DNA of 64,000 bases from Spirochaetia bacterium (GTDB taxonomy: Bacteria; Spirochaetota; Spirochaetia; SZUA-6; Bin103). Both the position numbers and the translations under genes were made by a program. Where the stretch lies: contig OZ241863.1 of assembly GCA_965203055.1 (NCBI GenBank), positions 672,001-736,000 of the forward strand, given 5' to 3'. A model generated the notes under the pieces. The model did no database searches and had not been told where the DNA came from. It saw nothing but the letters and a program-made list of their open reading frames with translations. This document shows positions 1 to 12,596 of this stretch, in pieces; position 1 is the first letter of the stretch, and each line of letters starts with the position of its first letter.

Positions 1-245
1 AGGTCCTGGCCCTTGCCGCGCGGCTGGCGCCGGTCGCCAACCGCCATGCGGTTTCGGACGTAGGCGCCGCGGCGCACCTGGCCGCGGCCGCCGCGGGGGC
101 GGCGCTGTTGACCGCGGAGATCAACCTTCGTTCAGCCCCGAAGGAAGAGTTTTTCGACGAGTCCCGCAGACAAGCCGCGGAATTGCGTGCCAGAACGGAG
201 AAAATGGCGCGGTCCATCCTGGAGATCGTAGAAACACGCATCTGA
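1..245 (+). CDS. Cyclodeaminase/cyclohydrolase family protein (FTCD C-terminal/FchA-like), 3' part only
   Basis: Not in the ORF track. Frame from base 3 reads ...[32 protein letters not shown]...ETRI*, matching the 'N..SD.G.A..LA.AA..GA..N..INL' pattern of this family; stop TGA 243-245. Confidence 0.7.
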   Translation, partial: VLALAARLAPVANRHAVSDVGAAAHLAAAAAGAALLTAEINLRSAPKEEFFDESRRQAAELRARTEKMARSILEIVETRI

Positions 246-338
246 ACTGACGGAAATAGACTCCGTTCTTGTCTCGATGGGAAATTCCGGTCTGAAATTG
301 CCTTCATTTACCAGTTCCAGATTTCTTCGTCGGGGTAC

Positions 339-367
339 TTGCCTGGTACGGCAACATGCGGCATACT
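339..367 (+). promoter_or_regulatory. Putative sigma70 promoter for ilvBN
   Basis: TTGCCT (339-344), 17 bp, CATACT (362-367); AGGAGG RBS ahead of ATG 403. Confidence 0.5.
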
Positions 368-402
368 TCACACTTCCAAATCTCTCCTAGGAGGCGCGGC
401 TG

Positions 403-2133
403 ATGGCATCTTTCGACCAGAACGGCTATGACGGCGGCCAGGCATTGGTAAAGGCGCTGGAAAACGAGGGAATCGAGTATCTGTTCGGCCTGTCCGGAGG
501 GGCCGCCTTACCGATCTTCGACGCGTTGGTATCGACCCGGAACAAGATGAAGTTCGTGCTGGTGCGCCACGAGCAGGGCGGCAGTCACATGGCCGACGGC
601 TACGCGCGCGTTACCGGCAAGCCGGCGGTGGTGCTGGTCACCAGTGGTCCCGGCGCCACCAACACCTTGACCGGGATCATGACCGCGCACATGGACTCGG
701 TGCCGATGCTGGTGGTTACCGGGCAGCAGGTGACCGGGATGCTCGGCAAGGACGCGTTTCAGGAGGCGGACATCTTCGGCATCACCATGCCGATCGTCAA
801 ACACAGCTACCTGGTCAAGGACACCGACAGCATCCCGCGCATCGTGCGCGAGGCGTATCACATCGCCACCACCGGGCGCCCCGGACCGGTACTGATCGAC
901 GTGCCCAAGGACGTGAGCCAGGCGCCGGTCGGCAACGGGTTGCATCAGAAAATGGACATTCCCGGCTACCAGGTCCCCGAAGATGGCGACCGCGAGGTGA
1001 TCGTGCAGGCGGCCGCGGCCCTCAACGCGGCGCGCCGGCCGGTGATCCTGGCCGGCCACGGCGCGCTCATCGCCAAGGCTGCCGACTCGGTACGGCGCCT
1101 GGCGGAGCGCCTGCAGGCGCCGGTCACCACCACCCTGCTCGGCAAGGGGGCGTTTCCGGAGACCCATCCGCTGGCGCTGGGGATGCTCGGCATGCATGGC
1201 ACCGCCTACGCCAACAAGGCGATGGTCGAGTGCGACCTGGTAATCTCCATCGGTTCGCGCTTCGACGACCGCATCATCGGGCAGCCGCACCGCTTCTGCC
1301 GCAACGCGGTGGTGATCCACGTGGACATCGATCCCGGCGAGAACGGCAAGATGATCAAGCCCGACCACTTCATTCAGGGCGACGCCCGGCTGGTGACGGA
1401 GGAGCTGATCAAGCACGTCACCCGGCTCGACACCGACCCCTGGCTGGCGCAGTTGAAGCGCTACAAGGCCAAGTACCCCTTGAAGTACCGCAAGCAGGGG
1501 GGGCTCAAGATGCAGCACGTCATCGACGAGCTGTACCGGCTGACCGAGGGCAAGGCGATCGTCTCCACCGACGTGGGGCAGCACCAGATGTGGGCGGCGC
1601 AGTTCTACAAGACCGACCATCCCGAGAACTGGCTCAGCTCCGGCGGGGCGGGAACCATGGGCTACGGGTTTCCGGCCGCCATCGGCGCCCAGTTCGGGCG
1701 GCCCGACGATCCGGTCCTGGCCATCGTCGGCGACGGCGGATTTCAGATGACGCTGTGCGAGTTGGCGACGGCGTGCGTCCACAAGCTGCCGATCAAGGTG
1801 ATCGTGCTCAACAATCACTACCTGGGCATGGTGCGGCAGTGGCAGGAGCTGTTCTACGACGAGCGCGAGAGCGGGGTCGATCTGGAGGGCAACCCCGACT
1901 TCGCCAAGCTGGCGCAGGCCTACGGGGCCAAGGGCTTCACCCTGCGCCGGCCCGGCGACGTGCGCCGCATCCTCACCGCGGCGCTCGAATACAACGACGG
2001 CCCGTGCGTGGTGAACGCCGAGGTGGAGAAGACCGACAACGTGTTTCCGATGATCCCGGCCGGCAGCGCCCTGGAGGACATGATCGTGGAGCCGCCCACG
2101 GTCAAGCTGGCCAAGCCGACCGGATCGACCTAG
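403..2133 (+). CDS. ilvB: Acetolactate synthase large (catalytic) subunit
   Basis: [30 protein letters not shown]-binding motif, GMVRQWQ. Confidence 0.96.
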   Translation: MASFDQNGYDGGQALVKALENEGIEYLFGLSGGAALPIFDALVSTRNKMKFVLVRHEQGGSHMADGYARVTGKPAVVLVTSGPGATNTLTGIMTAHMDSVPMLVVTGQQVTGMLGKDAFQEADIFGITMPIVKHSYLVKDTDSIPRIVREAYHIATTGRPGPVLIDVPKDVSQAPVGNGLHQKMDIPGYQVPEDGDREVIVQAAAALNAARRPVILAGHGALIAKAADSVRRLAERLQAPVTTTLLGKGAFPETHPLALGMLGMHGTAYANKAMVECDLVISIGSRFDDRIIGQPHRFCRNAVVIHVDIDPGENGKMIKPDHFIQGDARLVTEELIKHVTRLDTDPWLAQLKRYKAKYPLKYRKQGGLKMQHVIDELYRLTEGKAIVSTDVGQHQMWAAQFYKTDHPENWLSSGGAGTMGYGFPAAIGAQFGRPDDPVLAIVGDGGFQMTLCELATACVHKLPIKVIVLNNHYLGMVRQWQELFYDERESGVDLEGNPDFAKLAQAYGAKGFTLRRPGDVRRILTAALEYNDGPCVVNAEVEKTDNVFPMIPAGSALEDMIVEPPTVKLAKPTGST

Positions 2134-2140
2134 GCCCGCC

Positions 2141-2641
2141 ATGGAGAAGAACGGATCGATTCATACCCTGAGCGCCCTGGTGGCCAACAAGCCGGGGGTG
2201 CTGGCGCGCATCGCGCAGGTGTTTGCGCGCCGCGGCTTCAACATCGAATCGCTGGTGGTGTCGCCGTCCAAGGACGGCGGCTATTCGCGCATGACCATCG
2301 GCGCCCGCGGCTCGGAGCAGGGCCTGTCTCAAATCATCGCCCAGGTCAACAAGCTGGTGGACGTACTGCACTGCCACGACCACACCTTCGACAACGCGGT
2401 GGTGCGGGAGTTGGCGTTGGTCAAGGTGGCGGTGGGTCCCGAGCAGCGCACCGAAGCGCTGCAGATCGCCCAGCACTTCGGCTGCAAGACCGAGGATCTG
2501 ACCCAGGAGTCGATGATCGTGATGGCCACCGGCGCCACCGAGAAGATCGACGCCCTGATCAGGATGCTGCGCAAGTTCACCGTGGTGGAGATGGTCCGCA
2601 CCGGCAAGGTAGTAATGGTCCGCGGCGAAGCCTCCACCTGA
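2141..2641 (+). CDS. ilvN: Acetolactate synthase small regulatory subunit
   Basis: ACT domain NKPGVLARIAQVFARRGFNIESL; RELALVKV; EMVRTG; follows ilvB. Confidence 0.95.
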   Translation: MEKNGSIHTLSALVANKPGVLARIAQVFARRGFNIESLVVSPSKDGGYSRMTIGARGSEQGLSQIIAQVNKLVDVLHCHDHTFDNAVVRELALVKVAVGPEQRTEALQIAQHFGCKTEDLTQESMIVMATGATEKIDALIRMLRKFTVVEMVRTGKVVMVRGEAST

Positions 2642-2734
2642 CCCCGCCGGATGACACGATGCACGATGGCGCGGCCAGCGATCTGATCTGCCGTTATCTG
2701 CGAAGTATGATTATGATAGGGTAAGGGGACATCC

Positions 2735-5248
<2,514 letters not shown>

Positions 5249-5264
5249 GGGCCGGGACCGAACG

Positions 5265-8060
5265 ATGGCGGCACGGGCCGGCCGCGACCGGCGGCTCTAC
5301 CTGATCGACGGTATGCCCCTGGTGTACCGCGCCTACTTCGTGTTCCTGAACCGTCCGCTGATCACCGCCAACGGCTTCAATTCGTCGGCGGTGTACGGCT
5401 ACACCACCTCCCTGCTGCAGATCCTCAATGACGAGCAACCTACCCACCTGGCGGTGGTGTTCGACACGCCGGGACCCACGTGGCGCGACCGCGAGTACCC
5501 CGATTACAAGGGCACCCGGCAGAAGGCGCCGGAGGACATCAGCGGCTCGCTGCCCCACGTGCGCCGCATTACCGAGGCGATGGGCCTCACCGTGATCGCG
5601 CACGACGGCGTGGAGGCGGATGACGTAATCGGCTCGCTCGCGGCGCGCGCCGAGGCGGCCGGTTTCGACACCTACATGGTGACGCTGGACAAGGACTTCG
5701 CGCAGCTCGTCAGCGACCACGTCTTCCTCTATCGCGTGCCGCGCATGGGGGGCGACCCGCCGCAGATCTTCGACGCCGCCGCGGTGCGCGAGCGCTTCGG
5801 GGTGGAGCGCCCGGAGCAGGTGATCGACCTGATCGGGCTGGCCGGCGACAGCGTGGACAACATCCCGGGCATCCCGGGGGTAGGGGAGAAGACCGCGCAG
5901 AAGCTGATCACCCGCTTCGGATCGGTGGAGGGATTGGTGGCCGCCACCGATCAGCTCAAGGGCAAGCAGCGGGAGAAGATCGAGACCTATGCGGAGCAGG
6001 CGCTGCTGTCGAAGCGGCTCGCCACCATCGACCGCGGCCTGGACCTCGCGGTCGACCTGGAAGGCCTGGCGGTGCCCGCGCTGGACCCGCAGCGCGTTGT
6101 TCCGCTGTTTCAGGAATTCGAGTTCACCAGCCTCATCGAGCGGGTGTTTGGCGACCGCGAGGCCGCCGCGCCGGCGGGCGCCGCAGACGGCGCGGGCGAG
6201 GCGGGCGGCGCCGCGGCCGCCCGCCTGCGCACCCTGGCCGACGCCCCCCACGACTACCGTCTGGCGGAGGGTCCGGCGGCGCGCGCCCGGCTCCTGCAGG
6301 CCCTGCTGCAGCAGGCGGAGGTCAGCCTGTTCGTGGTGTGCGGTACCGGCGACCCCAAGCAGGTTCCGCTGGCGGGCGTGGCGTTCCGCTGGCAGGCGGG
6401 GGCCGCGTGGTACCTGCCGCTGCCGGAGGAGCGCGCCGCGGCCGCCGCCCGGCTGGGCGAGTTGCGGCGCTTCTGGGAGCATCCGGGGATCAGCAAGATC
6501 GGTCACGACCTGAAGCGCTGGGTCACGGCGTTGCGCTGGCACGGCATCGCCGTGGCCGGCACGCTGCTGGACACCCGCCTGGCGCACCAACTGGTAGAGT
6601 CGGACGGCGCCCATGACCTGGCGCTGCTGGCCGAACACTACCTCGGCTACGTGCCGCTGGCGCCCGCCGAAGCGGCCGCGGCGCTGCTGAAGAGCGCGGC
6701 GTTGCAGGCCGGTGAACTGGCCGCCGTGGGCCTTCCTCCGGCGCAGCTCGCGATCTTTGCCGGCGAGCGGGCCGACGTCACCGCGCACCTGCTGCAAGCC
6801 CTGCTGCAGGAGATCGACCGCTACGAGGAGCGCGCGCTGTGGGACCGGATCGAGGTGCCGCTCATGCCGCTGCTGGTGGAAATGGAGCACACCGGGGTGG
6901 CGGTGCGCGTCGCCGCACTGCGGGAGTACTCGCTGGAGTTGGAAAAGGAGATCGCCGCCCACGAGGCGGACCTGTACCGCCTGGCCGGCGGCCCCTTCAA
7001 CCTCAACTCGCCGAAGCAGCTTGGCGAGCTGCTGTTCGACCGGCTCAGGATAGCCGATAAACCGAAGCGCACCCGTACCGGCCAGTACGTAACCACCGAG
7101 CAGGAGCTGACCCGGCTCGCCGACCGCCACCCGATCATCCCCGCGATGCTGGAATACCGGGTAGTGCAGAAGCTGAAGTCCACCTACGTGGACGTGCTGC
7201 CCGACTCGGTGGTGGCCGAGACCGGCCGCATCCATACCACCTTCAACCAGCTCGTGGCCGCCACCGGCCGGCTCAACTCGGAGAACCCCAACCTGCAGAA
7301 CATCCCCATCCGCACCGACAAGGGGCGTGAAATCCGCCGCGCCTTCGTCGCTCCGGGGGCCGATCAGGTGCTGCTGGCGGCCGACTACTCGCAGATCGAG
7401 CTGCGCATCATGGCGCACATGACGGGGGACCCCGGGCTGGTCGAGGCGTTCGCCGGCGGCGTGGACGTCCATGCCGCCACCTCCGCCAAGGTATTCGGCG
7501 TCCCGCTGGCGGAGGTCACCGCCGAGATGCGGCGGCGGGCCAAGATGATCAACTTCGGCCTGATGTACGGCATGTCCGCCTTCGGTCTGGCCCAGCGGCT
7601 CAACATCGCCCGCGCCGAGGCGCGCGCCATCATCGAGCGCTACTTCGGGCAGTTCCCGAAGATTCAGCAGTACATGGGCGATACGGTGCAGTTGGCGCGC
7701 GACCGCGGCTACGTGCAGACGCTGCGCGGCCGGCGCCGCTACCTGCGCGACATCCGCTCCCGCAACCACGCCGCGCGCACCGCCGCCGAACGGGTCGCGA
7801 TCAACGCGCCGATCCAGGGCAGCGCCGCCGACATGATCAAGATCGCGATGCTGAACATCGACCGCGAGCTGCGGCAGCGCGGGCTGGGCGCCCGCATGAT
7901 CCTGCAGGTGCATGACGAACTGGTGTTCGAGGTGCCGCGCGCGGAACTGGAATCGGTGACGGAGCTGGTCACCGGCTCCATGCGCGACGCCCTCGACCTG
8001 GGCCGGGTGCCGGTGGTGGTCGACGTCGGGGTGGGCGCCGACTGGCTGGAGGCGCACTGA
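5265..8060 (+). CDS. polA: DNA polymerase I
   Basis: 5'-3' exonuclease (EADDVIGS, GDSVDNIPG), polymerase motifs DYSQIELR, KMINFGLMYG, LQVHDEL. Confidence 0.97.
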   Translation: MAARAGRDRRLYLIDGMPLVYRAYFVFLNRPLITANGFNSSAVYGYTTSLLQILNDEQPTHLAVVFDTPGPTWRDREYPDYKGTRQKAPEDISGSLPHVRRITEAMGLTVIAHDGVEADDVIGSLAARAEAAGFDTYMVTLDKDFAQLVSDHVFLYRVPRMGGDPPQIFDAAAVRERFGVERPEQVIDLIGLAGDSVDNIPGIPGVGEKTAQKLITRFGSVEGLVAATDQLKGKQREKIETYAEQALLSKRLATIDRGLDLAVDLEGLAVPALDPQRVVPLFQEFEFTSLIERVFGDREAAAPAGAADGAGEAGGAAAARLRTLADAPHDYRLAEGPAARARLLQALLQQAEVSLFVVCGTGDPKQVPLAGVAFRWQAGAAWYLPLPEERAAAAARLGELRRFWEHPGISKIGHDLKRWVTALRWHGIAVAGTLLDTRLAHQLVESDGAHDLALLAEHYLGYVPLAPAEAAAALLKSAALQAGELAAVGLPPAQLAIFAGERADVTAHLLQALLQEIDRYEERALWDRIEVPLMPLLVEMEHTGVAVRVAALREYSLELEKEIAAHEADLYRLAGGPFNLNSPKQLGELLFDRLRIADKPKRTRTGQYVTTEQELTRLADRHPIIPAMLEYRVVQKLKSTYVDVLPDSVVAETGRIHTTFNQLVAATGRLNSENPNLQNIPIRTDKGREIRRAFVAPGADQVLLAADYSQIELRIMAHMTGDPGLVEAFAGGVDVHAATSAKVFGVPLAEVTAEMRRRAKMINFGLMYGMSAFGLAQRLNIARAEARAIIERYFGQFPKIQQYMGDTVQLARDRGYVQTLRGRRRYLRDIRSRNHAARTAAERVAINAPIQGSAADMIKIAMLNIDRELRQRGLGARMILQVHDELVFEVPRAELESVTELVTGSMRDALDLGRVPVVVDVGVGADWLEAH

Positions 8061-8137
8061 CCCGGCGGGCGCGGCACCGGCAATGTCACTGCGGGAACAG
8101 ATCGAGGCCTGGCGGAGCCGCCGGTAGGTTTTTCGCG

Positions 8138-8791
8138 CTAGTCCAACTTGGGGAGGTCGAGCCGCAGCGACACGTTCATCAGGTGGGAGAAGCGCGGTTC
8201 CACGGCGCTCTCATCGCCGAAGGCGAAGCGCGCGGTGCCGCGGTAGCGGGTGCTCAGGCGTACCGCGGCGCGGGTGTAGGTGACCCCGACGGAAGCGGTG
8301 TAGAGCTGGCGGTTGCGTTCCGGCTGGTCGGCATAGGCGTCGAACAGCGGCTTCACCCAGCCGTCCAGGGCGACGTCGCCGGCGCGCAGGCGCGATTGCA
8401 GGCGCCCGCCGACGGTGAGCAGCAACGGATCGGTGCCGCGGCGCAGGATCAGCTCGGTCCCCAGGTCGAGGCGGTCGCTCAGGTCGAGGTCGAGGCGCGG
8501 CTGCACGCTCACCGAGCGCGCGTCCGCGGCCGCCGGGTCCTGCGGGTCGGGGCGGCTCGTCAGCCGCAGCGGGAGCGTCAGCCTGGCGCCTTCGCCCAGC
8601 TCCTGGCGGATCCTCGCGCCGACGGTGTGGCGCACGTAGGTGGGCTGCAGCTCCTCTTCGTCGTCTTCCTCGATGCCCTGCGCGGTCTCATAGGTGAGCG
8701 TCACCACCGGCGGGTCGAGGGCGCCGGCGGCCGCCGCCGGGCCGAGCAGCAGAGCCGCAAGCGCCGGGCGCAAGGCGCAGGTGCGCAGCAT
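8138..8791 (-). CDS. Hypothetical exported protein, possibly outer-membrane beta-barrel-like
   Basis: N-terminal signal-peptide-like segment; many alternating amphipathic strands (RLDLDL, VGVTY, VSLRLDL); AAGGA-like RBS. Confidence 0.55.
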   Translation of the reverse strand: MLRTCALRPALAALLLGPAAAAGALDPPVVTLTYETAQGIEEDDEEELQPTYVRHTVGARIRQELGEGARLTLPLRLTSRPDPQDPAAADARSVSVQPRLDLDLSDRLDLGTELILRRGTDPLLLTVGGRLQSRLRAGDVALDGWVKPLFDAYADQPERNRQLYTASVGVTYTRAAVRLSTRYRGTARFAFGDESAVEPRFSHLMNVSLRLDLPKLD

Positions 8792-8826
8792 GCTTCCTTA
8801 TCGGCGGCCGGCGCGCCGCCGGTGAA

Positions 8827-9927
8827 TCAGCCGCGGCCGGTTTGCGCGCGCTGGCGCAGCAGGTGGTCCACCAGTACCAGGTTGAACATGGCGTCCACCA
8901 GCGGCACGGCGCGCGGCAGCACGCACGGGTCGTGGCGCCCGCGCGGCTGCAGGGTGACATCGTTGCCGGCCTCGTCCACGGTCTGCTGCGGGCGCAGGAT
9001 CGTGGCCGTGGGCTTGAACGCGGCGCGCACCACGATCGCCTCGCCGTTCGAGATGCCGCCCTGCACCCCGCCGGAGCGGTTGGTCCGGGTGCGCACGCGC
9101 CCGCCGCCGGTCGCGCCGCGGTCGAGGTAGAACAGGTCGTTGTGGGCGCTGCCGGTCAGCCGCGTGCCGGCGAAGCCGGAGCCGATCTCGAAGCCGCGGC
9201 AGGCGGGCAGCGACAGCAGGGCCTTGGCCAGGTCGGCGTCCAGCTTGTCGAACACCGGTTCGCCAAGGCCGGGCGGCACGCCGCGCGCCACCGCCTCCAC
9301 CACGCCGCCCAGGGAGTCGCCGGCCTTGCGCGCCCGTTCGATCCGCTCCTGCATGGCCGCGGCCGCAGCCGGATCGGGGCAGCGGGTGATGTGCGCCTCC
9401 ACCGCGGCGCGGGTCACCCTGCCCGGGTCCACGGCGGCGTCCACGTCGCTCACCTGCTTGACGTAGGAGACTACCTCCGCGCCGCAGCTCCGGCGCAGCA
9501 CCCGGGCGGCAATGGCGCCGCCCGCGACCCGGCCCACGGTCTCGCGGGCGCTGGCGCGGCCGCCGCCGCGCCAGTCGCGCCGGCCATACTTGGCGGCGTA
9601 GGTGTAGTCGGCGTGGGAGGGGCGGTAGGCGGTGCGCAGCTCGGCGTAGTCGCGCGAGCGGGCATCCTGATTGCGCACCAGGACGTGAATGGCAGTGCCG
9701 GTGGTGAAGCCTTCGAACACGCCCGAGAGGATCTCGGCGCGGTCCGCTTCCCGCCGTTGGGTGGTGATGCGGCTCTGGCCGGGGCGGCGGCGGTCGAGCT
9801 CGGCCTGCAGGTCGGCCTCCTCCAGCGGCACGCCGGGCGGGCAGCCGTCCACCACCACGCCCACCGCCGGACCGTGCGATTCACCCCAGGTGGTGATGCG
9901 AAACGAATGCCCGAAGGTGCTGGCCAT
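8827..9927 (-). CDS. aroC: Chorismate synthase
   Basis: [37 protein letters not shown]. Confidence 0.97.
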   Translation of the reverse strand: MASTFGHSFRITTWGESHGPAVGVVVDGCPPGVPLEEADLQAELDRRRPGQSRITTQRREADRAEILSGVFEGFTTGTAIHVLVRNQDARSRDYAELRTAYRPSHADYTYAAKYGRRDWRGGGRASARETVGRVAGGAIAARVLRRSCGAEVVSYVKQVSDVDAAVDPGRVTRAAVEAHITRCPDPAAAAAMQERIERARKAGDSLGGVVEAVARGVPPGLGEPVFDKLDADLAKALLSLPACRGFEIGSGFAGTRLTGSAHNDLFYLDRGATGGGRVRTRTNRSGGVQGGISNGEAIVVRAAFKPTATILRPQQTVDEAGNDVTLQPRGRHDPCVLPRAVPLVDAMFNLVLVDHLLRQRAQTGRG

Positions 9928-9934
9928 GGCCCTG

Positions 9935-11116
9935 CTAGCCCCCCGCCGCCGCGGCCGCGGGAAACGGGCGCCGCGGCGTGGCGGCCGCAGCGCCGGCCGC
10001 GGCCGGCAGCGCCGGCAGGGAAACCGCCGGCGGCGGGCCGTCGAGCGGATTCGGCTCGCGCCACAGGCGCCCGTCCCAGGTGCGCACCACCACCTCGCCG
10101 CCGGCGCGTCCGAGGAGGTACTGCGGCGCCAGGGGCACTTTGCCGTAGGGTGTGTCCAGTACGTAGCTGGGCACCCCGAAGCCGGTGGTGTGGCCGCGCA
10201 GCCCCTGCATGATCTCCAGGCCGCGCTCGATGCTGGTGCGCAGGTGCGCGGTGCCGGCCAGCAACTGGCACTGGAAGATGTAGTAGGGCCGCACGCGCAG
10301 GCGCAGCAGCCCGTGGATCAGCTCCCGCATCACTTCCACCGAGTCGTTCACGCCCTTGAGCAGGACCGTCTGATTGCCGAGCGGAACGCCGGCCCGCAGC
10401 AGCCGGTCGCAGGCCTGCGCCGCCTCCGGCGTGAGCTCGCGCGGGTGGTTGAAGTGGGTATTGAGCCACACCGGGTGGCAGCGGGCGAGAATGCGGCACA
10501 GTTCCGGCGTGATGCGCTGCGGCAGGGTGCACGGCGTGCGGGTGCCGCAGCGGATGATCTCCACGTGGTCGATGGCGCGCAGCCGGCCGAGCAGGTCGTC
10601 GAGCCGCTCGTCGGAGAACAGGAACGGGTCCCCGCCGGTGACCAGCACGTCGCGAATCGCCGGCGTGCTGGCGATGTAGTCGATTCCCTCCTGCAGCTTG
10701 CTCCGCGTGTGATGCTCTTCACGGTTGCCGACGAAGTACTCGCGGAAGCAGTAGCGGCAGTAGGTCGGGCAGACGTTGGTGATCTTCAGGGCAACCCGGT
10801 CCGGGTACACGTGCACCACCGCGTCCACCGGCGAGTTGTCCCGCTCGGCCAGCGGATCGGGCAAGCCCAGGTCGTCGCGCAACTCCTGCGCGGACGGTAC
10901 CTGCTGCCGCCGCAGCGGGCAGGCGGGGTCGTCGGGATCCATCAGGCTGGCGTAGTAGGGGGTAATGCTCCAGCGGTAGTGCGCCCCGGCGGCGCGGATC
11001 TGCGCCCGTTCCGCCGCGCTCAGGCGCAGGTAGCGGCCCAACTCCTCCACCGTGGAGATGCGCCGGCGCATCTGCCAGCGCCAGTCGTCCCACTCCTCCG
11101 CCCGCACTCGCTGCAT
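9935..11116 (-). CDS. KamA-family radical SAM/PLP aminomutase (lysine 2,3-aminomutase-like)
   Basis: True start likely [15 protein letters not shown] (ATG 11116, GAGGAGG RBS); CPTYCRYC radical SAM motif, [27 protein letters not shown]. Confidence 0.9.
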   Translation of the reverse strand: MQRVRAEEWDDWRWQMRRRISTVEELGRYLRLSAAERAQIRAAGAHYRWSITPYYASLMDPDDPACPLRRQQVPSAQELRDDLGLPDPLAERDNSPVDAVVHVYPDRVALKITNVCPTYCRYCFREYFVGNREEHHTRSKLQEGIDYIASTPAIRDVLVTGGDPFLFSDERLDDLLGRLRAIDHVEIIRCGTRTPCTLPQRITPELCRILARCHPVWLNTHFNHPRELTPEAAQACDRLLRAGVPLGNQTVLLKGVNDSVEVMRELIHGLLRLRVRPYYIFQCQLLAGTAHLRTSIERGLEIMQGLRGHTTGFGVPSYVLDTPYGKVPLAPQYLLGRAGGEVVVRTWDGRLWREPNPLDGPPPAVSLPALPAAAGAAAATPRRPFPAAAAAGG

Positions 11117-11194
11117 CGCCCCTCCTCGGCGGATTATAGCATGACGCCGCGCGGCCCGTGGCGTTCCCGCGGCGCGCCGGCTACAGTATGGGCG

Positions 11195-11809
11195 ATGGAC
11201 CAAAGTGCCGGCCCGGAACTTGCCGGAAGACTCGGGCAGCAGATGCGCTTCCTGCTGGAAGCTGACAAGCTGAAGCAGGTGCTGCGGCGCAACATGACCC
11301 ATGGCCGGCAGCGCCGGGAGAACTCCGCCGAGCATTCCTGGCACCTGACGTTGATGGCGCTGGTGCTCGCCGACCACGCCGCGGCCCGCGACCTGGACTT
11401 GCTGCGCGTGCTCAAGATGCTGGTGGTGCACGACCTGGTGGAGATCGACGCCGGCGACACCTTCGCCTACGACGAGGCGGCGAAGCGGGATCAGCAGGAA
11501 CGTGAGGAGCGCGCCGCGCAGCGCATCTTCGCCCTGCTGCCGGTAGAGCAGGCCGCCGAGCTGCGCGCCCTGTGGGACGAGTTCGAAGCGCGGCAGAGCG
11601 CCGAGGCGCAGTTCGCCCTGGCGCTGGACCGGTTGCAGCCGATGCTGCTCAACTACGTCAACGGCGGGCCGAGTTGGCAGGAGCACCGGGTGACCGCGCG
11701 GCAGGTGCGCGCCTTCAACGCCTGCATGGAAGCGGGCTCCCCGGAGCTGTGGGACTATGCCCGGGGCCTGGTCGCCGAAGCCGTCCGACGCGGGTTTCTC
11801 GCCCCCTGA
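11195..11809 (+). CDS. HD-domain hydrolase (HD_3 / 5'-deoxynucleotidase-like)
   Basis: C-terminal part of the 9689 ORF, ATG 11195; DKLKQVLR, RENSAEHSWH, VHDLVEIDAGD, DRLQP. Confidence 0.88.
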   Translation: MDQSAGPELAGRLGQQMRFLLEADKLKQVLRRNMTHGRQRRENSAEHSWHLTLMALVLADHAAARDLDLLRVLKMLVVHDLVEIDAGDTFAYDEAAKRDQQEREERAAQRIFALLPVEQAAELRALWDEFEARQSAEAQFALALDRLQPMLLNYVNGGPSWQEHRVTARQVRAFNACMEAGSPELWDYARGLVAEAVRRGFLAP

Positions 11810-11840
11810 AGGACTGGCCCCCGTAGCCGAACATTGAATC

Positions 11841-12572
11841 ATGGAACGACGCCGCGACATCGCCCCGGGCCTGCTGGCCGCGGCCGCGCTGCTGCTGGCG
11901 GCGGGCGCGGCGCAGGCGCAGAGCGGGGAACCACCGGAGTACAGCTACGGGGGGATACCGTTCGGGGAGAACGCGCAGAACGTGTTGCGCGACCTCAGCG
12001 GCGCCGCCATCGCCGCCCACGGTGCCGAGGCGCACTTCATCGGGCAGTACGAAGTGCTGCCCGACTTCTTCACCGCCGGCCTGGAGAAGAATCTGTTGGG
12101 AATGTCCCAACTCAACCCGGAGATCACGCGCATGTTTCGCGTTTCCTACGCGGACTGGGACAACGTCGTCGCCTTGGAGCTGTACTTCTTCCGCCCCCCT
12201 GACGCCCCCAACGAGCTCGCCTCCCACCGCCTGTTCCTGATGCGCAAGACGCTGAAGACCGGCGGCACCGGCAACCATACCGAAGTATCGGCGATCCTCG
12301 AGCAGGCGATCACCTCCAGCCTGGGCGGCGCTCCGGCGATCTACGATGTCAAGTTCCTGGCCGGACTGCCGGCGCGGCTCGCCGTGTGGGAGGCCGCGGA
12401 GAGCGATATCTTCCTGCTGGTGTACCAGAACATCTTCACCGCCGGCGACGCCGACATCCTGTACCGGCACCGCGGCTTGTGGCGCAGCTACGTTGCTGCC
12501 TCGCAACGCTACCGGGAGGCGCAGGAAAACCCCGGCACGGAACGGACGCGCGCCGCCGGCAGCAGCTTTTGA
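11841..12572 (+). CDS. Hypothetical secreted protein
   Basis: Signal peptide ending AQA|Q; coding-like codon usage; no recognised motif. Confidence 0.65.
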   Translation: MERRRDIAPGLLAAAALLLAAGAAQAQSGEPPEYSYGGIPFGENAQNVLRDLSGAAIAAHGAEAHFIGQYEVLPDFFTAGLEKNLLGMSQLNPEITRMFRVSYADWDNVVALELYFFRPPDAPNELASHRLFLMRKTLKTGGTGNHTEVSAILEQAITSSLGGAPAIYDVKFLAGLPARLAVWEAAESDIFLLVYQNIFTAGDADILYRHRGLWRSYVAASQRYREAQENPGTERTRAAGSSF

Positions 12573-12596
12573 GATGAGTCGGAGGATGATTGCGTC

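Noticed and set aside
356..404. Short u[18 protein letters not shown] overlapping the ilvB start as a possible attenuator leader
   Set aside because: No Ile/Leu/Val run and no terminator, and its ATG lies inside the predicted promoter spacer.
2642..2734. Possible T-box or riboswitch before leuS
   Set aside because: Spacer is only about 90 nt with no T-box motif or terminator; only tandem TATGAT -10-like hexamers are seen.
9689..11860. Overlapping 706-aa (+) and 641-aa (-) ORFs
   Set aside because: Over-extended calls; the real genes are divergent KamA (start 11116) and HD hydrolase (start 11195) with -10 boxes between them.
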